Shown: piece by piece, positions 35,002-50,228 of the stretch | Layout of the letters: each line of letters starts with the position of its first letter | How positions within the stretch are numbered: the first letter of the stretch is position 1 | Origin: Thermoanaerobaculia bacterium | GTDB taxonomy: Bacteria; Acidobacteriota; Thermoanaerobaculia; Gp7-AA8 | DNA: 64,000 bases | NCBI GenBank assembly: GCA_017883235.1 | Contig: JADGNY010000017.1 | Coordinates: 585-64,584 of the forward strand | Reading direction: 5' to 3' | Notes under the pieces: model-generated | What the model saw: the letters and a program-made list of their open reading frames with translations, nothing else | Database searches by the model: none | Told to the model about the DNA's origin: nothing | Translations under genes and position numbers: made by a program

Positions 35002-35660
35002 CAGGCCACCAGTTTGTAGCCGACGCCGAAGACGGTGACGATGATTTCCGCCCCCACCTTCCGCCGCAGGTTCTTGATGTGCGCATCGATGGTCCGGTTG
35101 AGCCCTTCGAAATCGTCGCCGAGTGCCAGGCGCGCCAGTTCATCGCGCCGGAAGACGCGGCCGGGAGCGCGGGCCATCGACAGCAAGAGACGCAGTTCGG
35201 TGGCGGTCAGAGAGACAGACTGGCCGGCCACGGTCACTTCGCAGCGCTCCGGATCGATGGTCAACGCGCCGGCGATGACGCGCGGCGTCTTTTCGGCCGT
35301 CCCCGTGCGGCGCAGCACGGCTTCGACGCGCGCCACCAACTCGCGGGGACTGAAGGGCTTGGTCAGGTAGTCGTCCGCCCCGAGCGAGAGGCCGGTGAGC
35401 TTGTCGTGCTCCGTCGTCTTTGCCGTCAGCATGATGATCGGGATGGCCGATGTCTCCCGCAGCATCCGGCAGATCTCCAATCCTCCGATGCGCGGCAGCA
35501 TCAGGTCGAGCACGATCAGATCTGGCGCAAAGGTCTGCACCACCTCCAACGCTCTCGCGCCGTCCAGCGCCGAGGCGGTGACGTACCCGGCATGTGCGAG
35601 ATAACGGTCCAGCGTCTCGCACACCTTGGGGTCGTCATCGACGATGAGGACACGACGCAT
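35001..35660 (-). CDS. OmpR-family response regulator
   Basis: Contains RVLIVDDDP...DLIVLDLMLP...LTAK and a winged-helix C-terminus ending GVGYKLV. One-nucleotide overlap with the kinase gene. Confidence 0.9.
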   Translation of the reverse strand: MRRVLIVDDDPKVCETLDRYLAHAGYVTASALDGARALEVVQTFAPDLIVLDLMLPRIGGLEICRMLRETSAIPIIMLTAKTTEHDKLTGLSLGADDYLTKPFSPRELVARVEAVLRRTGTAEKTPRVIAGALTIDPERCEVTVAGQSVSLTATELRLLLSMARAPGRVFRRDELARLALGDDFEGLNRTIDAHIKNLRRKVGAEIIVTVFGVGYKLVA

Positions 35661-35711
35661 GGCTACAAGCTTATGGGGAGATGTGAATTTGGGATGAAGG
35701 GACGGGCTCGG

Positions 35712-36317
35712 TCAGTCCCCGATCTCCTTGCGAACGTAGGCTTCCGCCGCGTCGAAAGCGAACAGAAGCTTACATTCCTGCCTGGCCAGTTCTACCACGA
35801 TCTTCGGTACGCGGAAGTCCCTCGCGTTTTGCGTAACGAACAACTTCGGTCCCTGGTTGCGCTCGGCGTGACCGCGAACGGTCACGTAGACGATTGAGTC
35901 TTGTGGCGAAAGGGCGAACGTAAGTTCCGCCGCCAGCGCTTGCGTAACAATCGCCGGCTCTGTCGGAAGAACGGTCGCTTGCTGGAGGAGGGCTTCCACG
36001 GCTGATTCAAGGCGATGGCGGTCATCGTCAGCGGTATCGATGAGCGCCGCAACAAAGGCCTTGCTCTGTGACGCAATATCGGCGAGAGGGCGCGATCGGG
36101 CCAGCTCGCCCAGTTCGGTGCGTACCGCTGAATGAAGACGGTTACGACGATCAACATTGCTCCGCCATGCCAATCGTGACTCGATGAGAGCGAAGGCTGG
36201 AACGACGAGCGATATTTTTCCTTCTCCCGCAAGATCCAACAGTCGTTGACAGTGATCCGATGTGGGTCTCAGGTATCCGAGCTCGAGAACGAAATTGGTC
36301 TCGACGTAAACGATCAA
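35712..36317 (-). CDS. PIN-like domain protein
   Basis: ORF 35712..36380 trimmed to the TTG at 36317, which overlaps the upstream stop (TTGA). Motifs IVYVETNFVLE and LFVTQNARDF resemble the first and last acidic motifs of PIN domains. Confidence 0.55.
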   Translation of the reverse strand: MIVYVETNFVLELGYLRPTSDHCQRLLDLAGEGKISLVVPAFALIESRLAWRSNVDRRNRLHSAVRTELGELARSRPLADIASQSKAFVAALIDTADDDRHRLESAVEALLQQATVLPTEPAIVTQALAAELTFALSPQDSIVYVTVRGHAERNQGPKLFVTQNARDFRVPKIVVELARQECKLLFAFDAAEAYVRKEIGD

Positions 36318-36754
36318 TTCCGCTGTTCCTCGCGCAGGACTCCATTTGCGAATTGATCCAGACCGGCCGCATGCATCCATTTCCCGACGGAAGGCGGAAC
36401 GATTCCTTCGCTGATGTCGGTAAGCCAGGACTTCACGAGCAGGTCGAAACTGGGGCCGCTCATGTCACGCAGCGAGGTTCGCACGTTTTCCAAATATGGT
36501 TTCAAGACTTCTTCCGTGCGCCCTGAAAAATCCGGTAGCTCCGAGCCCTCGTGTGGGTAGTGCTTCCAGAGGTACAGGTAATTGCGGAGAACGAGGAGGA
36601 GAAAATGATTCGCCTCGGGCGCTGCAGGCCCGAGCACGCTGCGGGCGAATGTCCCGGCCCACTCGGCGGACGGTGAATTGATACTCTTCGCCTCGACGAA
36701 CAGCAATTCATTCGTGTGCGGCGACTCAACCACGAAGTCGACAGCGGCGTCCAT
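36314..36754 (-). CDS. PD-(D/E)xK-nuclease-like hypothetical protein
   Basis: 146 aa. VDFVVESPHTNELLFVEAK gives a D-x14-E-x-K pattern. Otherwise no family is recognised. Confidence 0.45.
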   Translation of the reverse strand: MDAAVDFVVESPHTNELLFVEAKSINSPSAEWAGTFARSVLGPAAPEANHFLLLVLRNYLYLWKHYPHEGSELPDFSGRTEEVLKPYLENVRTSLRDMSGPSFDLLVKSWLTDISEGIVPPSVGKWMHAAGLDQFANGVLREEQRN

Positions 36755-36781
36755 CACCGGGAAGCTTACCGCAGGTTTGGC

Positions 36782-36893
36782 GCGGAGTGCGGCGTTCGAT
36801 CGTCAGAGCCCCATCCGCCGCCAGATCGAGGTTCGCATCCGCGGGAGACGGTGACGATGATTTCCGCCCCCACCTTCCCGCGCAGGTTCTTGA
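36782..36893 (-). pseudogene. scar of a paralogous two-component operon (HK fragment fused to RR 3' end)
   Basis: 36782..36838 closely matches 34634..34690 (inside the kinase gene). 36848..36893 closely matches 35031..35077 (3' end of the regulator gene). Confidence 0.6.
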
Positions 36894-36937
36894 TTCGGAG
36901 TGAAGGAACCCACTGTAGAAACAAGGGGTATCACGGC

Positions 36938-37042
36938 GGATATCAACTCGTCGGCCGGACGGATGGTGGACGAAGGTTGAAGCTGATTGTTTACGAGAAA
37001 CGACGCGGCCTGCTTCGTGTCATCACGGGATGGAATCTATGA
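36938..37042 (+). pseudogene. C-terminal remnant of a small toxin (BrnT/DUF4258-like)
   Basis: ...YQLVGRTDGGRRLKLIVYEKRRGLLRVITGWNL resembles toxin C-termini. No intact N-terminus or start is present, and the upstream frame runs into the TCS scar. Confidence 0.3.
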
Positions 37043-37254
37043 GAGTCCAAAAGAAACTAACAGAGGATGAAATCAAGCGGCGGCTCGTTGACGACGCGCA
37101 GAATTCTGATGCATGGGATCCCCCGATCAAAGTCGCCCCTAGTCAGGCTCCACGCCCTGCGCAGTATGGCCAGGTGAGAGTGTCGGAACGCCGAATTCAA
37201 GCACTGAAAAAAGCGCAGCCAACGCCTAAGGTCACCGGTGTCGGAAAACGCTAG
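37030..37254 (+). CDS. possible orphan antitoxin
   Basis: 74 aa. It overlaps the toxin remnant by 13 nt. The acidic N-terminal segment LTEDEIKRRLVDDAQNSDAWD is antitoxin-like. Support is weak. Confidence 0.35.
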   Translation: MESMRVQKKLTEDEIKRRLVDDAQNSDAWDPPIKVAPSQAPRPAQYGQVRVSERRIQALKKAQPTPKVTGVGKR

Positions 37255-37335
37255 AAGCTAGACTTGTCAGAGCGCTCCGCTGAGATTCGGCCCAGTGCTG
37301 CTGAGGGCAATACGCCGATGAAGACGGAGTAAGTT

Positions 37336-39537
37336 TCACGCCGCCCGCGCGGTCACGGTTCCGATCGCAAGCAGCAGCTCTCTGAGCTGGTACGGTTTCA
37401 TCAACGAGAGGATGTGATTCTTCTCGTCGGAGAGATTCAGCTCGACGTGACCGGTCGACAAGACAATCGGCAGATCCTGATGCTCCGCACGCAGGAGTGG
37501 AATGAGATCGACTCCATTGCCGTCCGGGAGATTCACATCGATGATGGCCACGTGCGGCCGTGTCCGGCGCGCGGCCGGGCAGGCCTCGCGAGCGGTGCAC
37601 ACCCGTGTGGCCTCGTACCCTTCCAGATTCAGGAGCTTTTCCAATCCCATCCCCACCGAAAGGTCGTCTTCGATGAGCAGGATGCGGGTCACGCCGGGTG
37701 TCCGGCCGACGAGGCGTGGCATCCATGGCGACGATGCTTCCGCGGCCGGCACGACCAGATGAAAGGCCGATCCCCCTTCCACACGGTTCTCCGCCGTGAG
37801 AGTGCCTCCCTGTCCTTCCATGAGACGGCGCGCGATGGCGAGACCCAGTCCTGTGCCGTTCCGCTTCGTCGTGTAGAGCGGTTCGAAGATCCGCTCGAGC
37901 GTCTGCGGCGGAATCCCGGGGCCATCGTCATATACGGAGATGCGCACGAGATCCTCGGCGGTAAGCGAGACACCGACGCGGATCGTGCCGCTGCCGCCGA
38001 TGGCCTCGCGCGCGTTGAAGACGAGGTTGGTGATCACCTGTTCGAGATGTTCGCGGTCCCCCTGGATGAAGCGCACGGCCGTGTCCAGCGAGTGGCTGAG
38101 AGCGATGGATGAGGGGAGTGCGGCGACTAATTGCCCGAGGAGCGTCGGCAGCCAGACCGAGGCGTCGATGGAAGAGAGCTGCGGCTCCTTCGGATTGGCG
38201 AAACGGAGAACTTCCTGAGAAGCGCGTTTGCCGCGGCTGACGGCGCGCGTCATGTGTCCGAGGGCATCGCGGATGGCAGGGGTGATCGAATCGTTGCGCC
38301 CGATCACCTCCACGAATGGCTGGATACCCATGAGCACGTTGTTGAACTCGTGTGCGAGCGAAGCGGCAACCTGCCCCAGGCTGCTCAACCGCTTGGCCTC
38401 TTCGAGCTTGCGCGCGTTGGTCCGGTGCTCCGTTACGTCGCGAGCCATGCCGATCGTGCCGGAGACTACGCCGTCGACGTAGCGCGGTTGCCACGATACC
38501 TCGACCGTGACCACTGCTCCCGAGGCCGCCGGGAGGTCATACTCCCGGATGATTCCGTCCTTTCCGCCGAGTGCCTGTTCGAAGTGGTCGATTGCCGCAG
38601 GAGCCGAGTGCGGCATGAATAGCTCCGCGAAGGGGCGGCCGATCCACTCCTCGACTTTATATCCTGTGCTTCGCTCGAAGCTGCGGCTCAACGAGAGGAA
38701 CCGCCCCTCGCGATCGACGGTATAGAGGATTTCGCTGACGTCTTCGACCAGCTCGCGGTAGCGCTGTTCGGATGCTTCGAGTGCCTGCTGCGCGCGAACG
38801 CTTTCGGTGATGTCGCGTGCGATCACCTGGATGGCGTCTCGGTTTCCGTAGCGGAGCGGAAGGGCGGCAACCTCCACGTCCAGAGGCGAGCCGTCTACAC
38901 GGCGGTACGTTTCGCGACAGTACGGCATGCTCTCTCCGGCGCGGAGCCGCGCCAGCCGCTCGCGTGCGCACTCCTGGCTCACTGGATCAACGAACGAGAA
39001 CGCGTTCCGGCCGACGATCTCCGCTTCGCTCCTGGCCCCGAGTAGTTGAACGAAGGCCTGGTTGACGTAGACGTAGATATCGTCGACGCAGACGCCGATG
39101 CAATCGGGCGACAGCTCCACCATCCGGCGGAAGTTCTCGCGGTCGACTAACGAAGCCGCCTCGGCCTCGCGCTCGCGGGTGATGTCGACCATGACCCCGA
39201 ACAGTTCGACCGGCACTCCGTCGACACAGTGGACGTTGACGTAGTCGCGAAGCCACACCGTGCGGCCATCGGCGGCCATGAGCCGGTAGACCAGCTCGTG
39301 ATCGCGTCCCGCCAGTGCCTCATTGTGGCAGATCATGGCCACGTGCCGGTCCTCCGGATGGAGATGCTCGGCCCAGAAGTTCGGCTCCAGCCAGCGCTCG
39401 GCGGGATAGCCGAGGAGCGTTTCCGCCGCGGGATTGACGTACGTGAAAAGAAAGGTCTGCACGGACGCCGACCATGCGATTGCCGGCATCGCATCAAGCA
39501 GACGCGACCGGCGCTGATCGGTACATTCCAAGGTCAT
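37336..39537 (-). CDS. multi-PAS hybrid sensor histidine kinase with C-terminal receiver
   Basis: 733 aa, about 3 PAS domains. H-box ASLAHEFNNVL, N-box TNLVFNAREA, G-box DDGPGI..GTGLGL. Receiver region RILLIEDD...AIIDVNLPDG. Confidence 0.9.
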   Translation of the reverse strand: MTLECTDQRRSRLLDAMPAIAWSASVQTFLFTYVNPAAETLLGYPAERWLEPNFWAEHLHPEDRHVAMICHNEALAGRDHELVYRLMAADGRTVWLRDYVNVHCVDGVPVELFGVMVDITREREAEAASLVDRENFRRMVELSPDCIGVCVDDIYVYVNQAFVQLLGARSEAEIVGRNAFSFVDPVSQECARERLARLRAGESMPYCRETYRRVDGSPLDVEVAALPLRYGNRDAIQVIARDITESVRAQQALEASEQRYRELVEDVSEILYTVDREGRFLSLSRSFERSTGYKVEEWIGRPFAELFMPHSAPAAIDHFEQALGGKDGIIREYDLPAASGAVVTVEVSWQPRYVDGVVSGTIGMARDVTEHRTNARKLEEAKRLSSLGQVAASLAHEFNNVLMGIQPFVEVIGRNDSITPAIRDALGHMTRAVSRGKRASQEVLRFANPKEPQLSSIDASVWLPTLLGQLVAALPSSIALSHSLDTAVRFIQGDREHLEQVITNLVFNAREAIGGSGTIRVGVSLTAEDLVRISVYDDGPGIPPQTLERIFEPLYTTKRNGTGLGLAIARRLMEGQGGTLTAENRVEGGSAFHLVVPAAEASSPWMPRLVGRTPGVTRILLIEDDLSVGMGLEKLLNLEGYEATRVCTAREACPAARRTRPHVAIIDVNLPDGNGVDLIPLLRAEHQDLPIVLSTGHVELNLSDEKNHILSLMKPYQLRELLLAIGTVTARAA

Positions 39538-39717
39538 CGTTGAGCTTCTTTCTGTAGTGCTGGTTATGACGGTACTGAGGGAGGAAGTATGTCGCGTCCT
39601 GGCGCGCTGGTGAGCACGTTAAATGTCAGGCAGTAAGCACATCCATCCGGTCTGGTTCAATAATTGGGCCAGCATTTGCATCAGGACATTATTATGAATT
39701 GAATAGGAGATCGAACC

Positions 39718-40173
39718 ATGCCCTACGTTGCGTTGGAGTGGGATCACAAAATCGGGAGGCCGGTCATTCAGTGGCTGGTGATCAAGTGCAAGAGCGTTGG
39801 ACAGAAGTTCGGAGGACCTCAGGCGCAGCCGCCGCGCCGCGACGTCGCATACTTCGTCAACGAGGAGTCCGCTGAGCGTGATGCCAGGGCATTCGCCGAT
39901 TACAAAACTCGCCAGGATGAGGGACGCGCCGGCGAGGAAAAACTGGGGACGGCGGAGGCATACAGCAAGAGACACGCGGCCTTCGCCTGGGATCACAACA
40001 TTTTCAATCCCCTCGTGCAGTGGGCCGTGCTGGAGTGGAACGGCGAGAATCCGGAGGGTGCCAGTTTCCGCAACGACGTGGCCTACTTCCTCGATCCAGA
40101 GACAGCCGAGTCGGATGCCCGCGCGTTCCGCGTCCTTCGCGACGAGCTGGTGGCGAAGCAAGAGGCTGCGTAG
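39718..40173 (+). CDS. hypothetical protein made of two copies of a ~65-aa module
   Basis: GGAG lies upstream of the ATG. Repeat 1 is ALEWDHKIGRPVIQWLVI...RRDVAYFVNEESAERDARAF; repeat 2 is AFAWDHNIFNPLVQWAVL...RNDVAYFLDPETAESDARAF. Confidence 0.6.
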   Translation: MPYVALEWDHKIGRPVIQWLVIKCKSVGQKFGGPQAQPPRRDVAYFVNEESAERDARAFADYKTRQDEGRAGEEKLGTAEAYSKRHAAFAWDHNIFNPLVQWAVLEWNGENPEGASFRNDVAYFLDPETAESDARAFRVLRDELVAKQEAA

Positions 40174-40288
40174 GTGTGGTCTCGCGGTCTCGGAGTGACG
40201 ATGCTCCCTGAAGATCCGCACCGCAAGGCCGCACTTCGAGACCTCGTAACCGCGAGACCGCGCAACCCCGAGACCCCGCAACCACACC
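40173..40288. repeat. hairpin element of the CGCGAGACCGCGCAACC family
   Basis: Left arm GGTGTGGTCTCGCGGTCTCGG; right arm GTAACCGCGAGACCGCGCAACCCCGAGACCCCGCAACCACACC. It starts at the stop codon of the upstream gene. Confidence 0.8.
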
Positions 40289-40425
40289 TACCGCCCTCAT
40301 CCATGGTCTGAAATCTGCAACTCTGCCGCGCGGCGGCTCTCTTCGAGAGCGCCCTGTTCAGCCTGACCAGCATTCAGCCTGACCAGCTTTCAGCGAGAAC
40401 TGCGTCATCGGAGGACCAGCGCGTC

Positions 40426-47685
<7,260 letters not shown>

Positions 47686-47721
47686 ATCGAACTCGCAGCG
47701 CCGGCGTTGCGGCCGCTGGCG

Positions 47722-48054
47722 CTACGGTAGATCGAGCCAACCGATGATTGTCACTTCACCGCGGCGTACGGTGTTCAGAACTTCTCGCAGACGGTCAAGC
47801 AGTTCGCGCAAATCGGCGAGGCGAGTGGTGCGGCCTCGCAACACAATGACTGCGATGTCTAACGCAGCGATATTCTGCTGGTAGGGCAGTTTCGTGTCGA
47901 CGGTAAGGAAAACGTCGAATTCTGCCGCGGCTCGCGGCAGAAGTGATCCGTCCTCGAGCTCTTGCCATCCAAGCTGCTTGACGGTCCTCGCGTCGTGCGG
48001 ATGGAGGTCGCGCAGAATCCGCCAGTCGACGCACTCGTCAACCAGCACCCTCAT
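47722..48054 (-). CDS. DUF5615-family PIN-like toxin
   Basis: 110 aa, MRVLVDECVDWRILRDL...FLTVDTKLPYQQN. It is paired with a DUF433 gene through a 4-nt overlap. Confidence 0.75.
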   Translation of the reverse strand: MRVLVDECVDWRILRDLHPHDARTVKQLGWQELEDGSLLPRAAAEFDVFLTVDTKLPYQQNIAALDIAVIVLRGRTTRLADLRELLDRLREVLNTVRRGEVTIIGWLDLP

Positions 48055-48350
48055 CCTGCGTAGGCGAGCACCCGGGCCTTTGTTTCTTCGAGGAAGGCGA
48101 TGACTTGTTCCCGGGTGACCGAGGGAAAGCCTTCGAGGAAGTCGTCGATGGAGTCGCCGGCCTCGAGATATTCGATGAGGGTCTGGGCGAGGACGCGAGT
48201 TCCTTTGAAAACGGGCGCGCCGCTCATCACGCCGGGTTGGGCAGAGATCACCGAGCTTTCCTGCGCGAAGAGACGAGACGCGAGTTCGAGCCGTTCGTTC
48301 TCCGGCAAGCGGAGAACGTCATTCAGGAGGGCTGCGGCATCGTGGCTCAT
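48051..48350 (-). CDS. DUF433-family antitoxin
   Basis: 99 aa. PGVMSGAPVFKGTRVLAQTLIEYLEAGDSIDDFLEGFPSVTREQV is the typical DUF433 core. Confidence 0.8.
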   Translation of the reverse strand: MSHDAAALLNDVLRLPENERLELASRLFAQESSVISAQPGVMSGAPVFKGTRVLAQTLIEYLEAGDSIDDFLEGFPSVTREQVIAFLEETKARVLAYAG

Positions 48351-48360
48351 CGAACGGAGT

Positions 48361-48639
48361 TTAACGCACCGCGAAAGGGTCGCGCATTTTCTGAATTGGT
48401 CGTGCCGGAGGCCGTTCGATTTCGTCAGGCCAACTGCCCAGGAGTTTTATGAACTCAGGCGGCCAGTCTGGTGACATCTTGCGGGGCACGTCAGGTCTGC
48501 GTTCGTCCTGAAAGACTTTCTTTCGCTTTGGCATCGGCTCCGTAATTCTAAGAGAGAAACCCTCGTCCTTGTGGACGCAGACGTCGGATGGGAACGGGAA
48601 GGTGCCTGGTGTCGGGTCAAGATAGAAATCGGAGGTCAA
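48361..48639 (-). CDS. hypothetical small protein (possibly a decayed antitoxin C-terminus)
   Basis: 92-aa ORF ending 10 nt upstream of the DUF433 gene. The tail WPPEFIKLLGSWPDEIERPPARP resembles the C-terminal tails of some antitoxins. Support is weak. Confidence 0.3.
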   Translation of the reverse strand: MTSDFYLDPTPGTFPFPSDVCVHKDEGFSLRITEPMPKRKKVFQDERRPDVPRKMSPDWPPEFIKLLGSWPDEIERPPARPIQKMRDPFAVR

Positions 48640-48651
48640 GCGCCTCTCAAG

Positions 48652-48850
48652 TCACTGTCATCCTGAGCCGCCGGAGCCGCGTAATCGCGGAGCGATTGCG
48701 CGGCGCAGGACGGTCGAAGGACCCACAAGTTGTATCCGGCTGGGCGGCGGAATAGTCGACATTCCACCGCCCTGTCCGGGTTGCAGGCTGGGGGTCCTTC
48801 GGCGCGCTCTGCCCCTCCGGGGCTGCCGCCGCCTCAGGATGACAGTGAAG
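48652..48850. mobile_element. ~200-bp MITE-like element with terminal inverted repeats TCACTGTCATCCTGAG...CTCAGGATGACAGTGA
   Basis: Terminal inverted repeats of about 16 bp plus internal inverted CGAAGGACCC/GGGTCCTTCG. It has no coding capacity. A half copy lies at 13959..14049. Confidence 0.65.
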
Positions 48851-48970
48851 TGTGCTCAGCACGAGCTGCTCCACCGCTGATTTCAAATGCTGACAGAGCT
48901 CTCGCTGCGCTCGGCCGCGTTTATTCCCGGTTTTTGGCGGTTTTGACGGTATTCGAGGCCCGGCAGCCCT

Positions 48971-49264
48971 GATTCTTCGCTACGCATCGAAGATTCTTCG
49001 CTACGCATCGAAGATTCTTCGCTACGCATCGAAGATTCTTCGCTACGCATCGAAGATCGTTCGCTACGCATCGAAGATCGTTCGCTACGCATCGAAGATC
49101 GTTCGCTACGCATCAAAGATCGTTCGCTGCGCATCGAAGATCGTTCGCTGCGCATCGAAGATCGTTCGCTGCGCATCAAAGGATCGTTCGCTCGGCATCG
49201 AAGATCGTCCGCTGCACATCATCGATTCCTGGATACGCATCATCGATTCCTGACTCGGAATCGA
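48971..49264. repeat. tandem minisatellite, 14 copies of 21-bp unit GAT(T/C)(C/G)TTCGCTACGCATCGAA
   Basis: Parsed unit by unit from the sequence. Units decay towards the 3' end. Confidence 0.95.
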
Positions 49265-49322
49265 CCCGGTCGCCCTTCGTTGAGAAGACCCTTCTCCACC
49301 CCCTCGGTTTTGAGCATGCCGT

Positions 49323-50198
49323 TTGCTCTGTTGGGGCTTAGTGGTCACGCGCGCTCTTCCGGAAGCCGAACAGCAGGAGAAGGTCGATCTCGAGGCGATC
49401 GAGGTGGATCTGCTCACCCAGGGCATCTACCAGCACTACGGATTCGACTTCCGCGACTACTCGCTCCCGTCGCTCCGGCGCCGGCTGTGGAAGCGCGTCT
49501 ACGCGGAGGGGCTGTCCACCATCTCCGCCCTCCAGGACAAGGTTCTGCACGACCCGGCATGCATGGAGCGGCTGCTTCTCGATCTATCGATCAACATCAC
49601 GGCCATGTTCCGCGACCCATCGTTCTACCTGGCCTTCCGGCAGAAGATCGTCCCGCTGCTGCGCACGTATCCGTTCGTCCGTATCTGGCACGCCGGCTGT
49701 TCCACCGGGGAGGAGGTCTATTCGATGGCCATCCTTCTCCAGGAAGAAGGGCTGTACGAGCGCAGCCGGATCTACGCGACCGACATCAACGAGGCCGTTC
49801 TGCAGCGCGCCAAGGACGGCATCTTTCCGCTGAGCTCGATGCAGGAGAACACGGCCAACTACATCGCCGCGGGCGGGACGGGGACGTTCTCCGCGTACTA
49901 CACGGCGCGCTACGACAATGCACTGTTCCGGCCGTCGCTACGCGAGAACGTCGTTTTCGCCCAGCACAACCTGGTCACCGACGCCTCGTTCAATCACTTC
50001 AACGTCATCTTCTGCCGCAACGTCCTGATCTACTTCAACAATCAACTGCAGGACCGCGTGCAGGAGCTCTTCCTCAACAGCATGGAGTTGTTCGGCATCC
50101 TCGGACTGGGTAAGAAGGAGACCATCCGTTACACAGCGGTCGCGGATCACTACGAGGATCTGGATGTCGCGGAGAGGTTGTATCGGAGGATTCGGTGA
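49323..50198 (+). CDS. cheR: CheR-type protein-glutamate O-methyltransferase
   Basis: Contains ..AMFRDPSFY..RIWHAGCSTGEEVYSMAILL..IYATDINEAVLQRAKDGIFP..FNVIFCRNVLIYF. The start is uncertain (TTG at 49323 or GTG at 49341). Confidence 0.9.
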   Translation: MLCWGLVVTRALPEAEQQEKVDLEAIEVDLLTQGIYQHYGFDFRDYSLPSLRRRLWKRVYAEGLSTISALQDKVLHDPACMERLLLDLSINITAMFRDPSFYLAFRQKIVPLLRTYPFVRIWHAGCSTGEEVYSMAILLQEEGLYERSRIYATDINEAVLQRAKDGIFPLSSMQENTANYIAAGGTGTFSAYYTARYDNALFRPSLRENVVFAQHNLVTDASFNHFNVIFCRNVLIYFNNQLQDRVQELFLNSMELFGILGLGKKETIRYTAVADHYEDLDVAERLYRRIR

Positions 50199-50228
50199 TC
50201 TGCGCGAAGCGCCGTTCAGAAGGCTGCC

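Noticed and set aside
39619-40287. 222-aa minus-strand ORF opposite 39718..40173
   Set aside because: It runs through the repeat hairpin and has no RBS. The plus-strand ORF has a GGAG ribosome-binding site and a clear internal protein repeat.
48883-49179. 98-aa ORF (MRSERSS repeats) across minisatellite C
   Set aside because: It is a repeat-generated open frame with no supporting signals.
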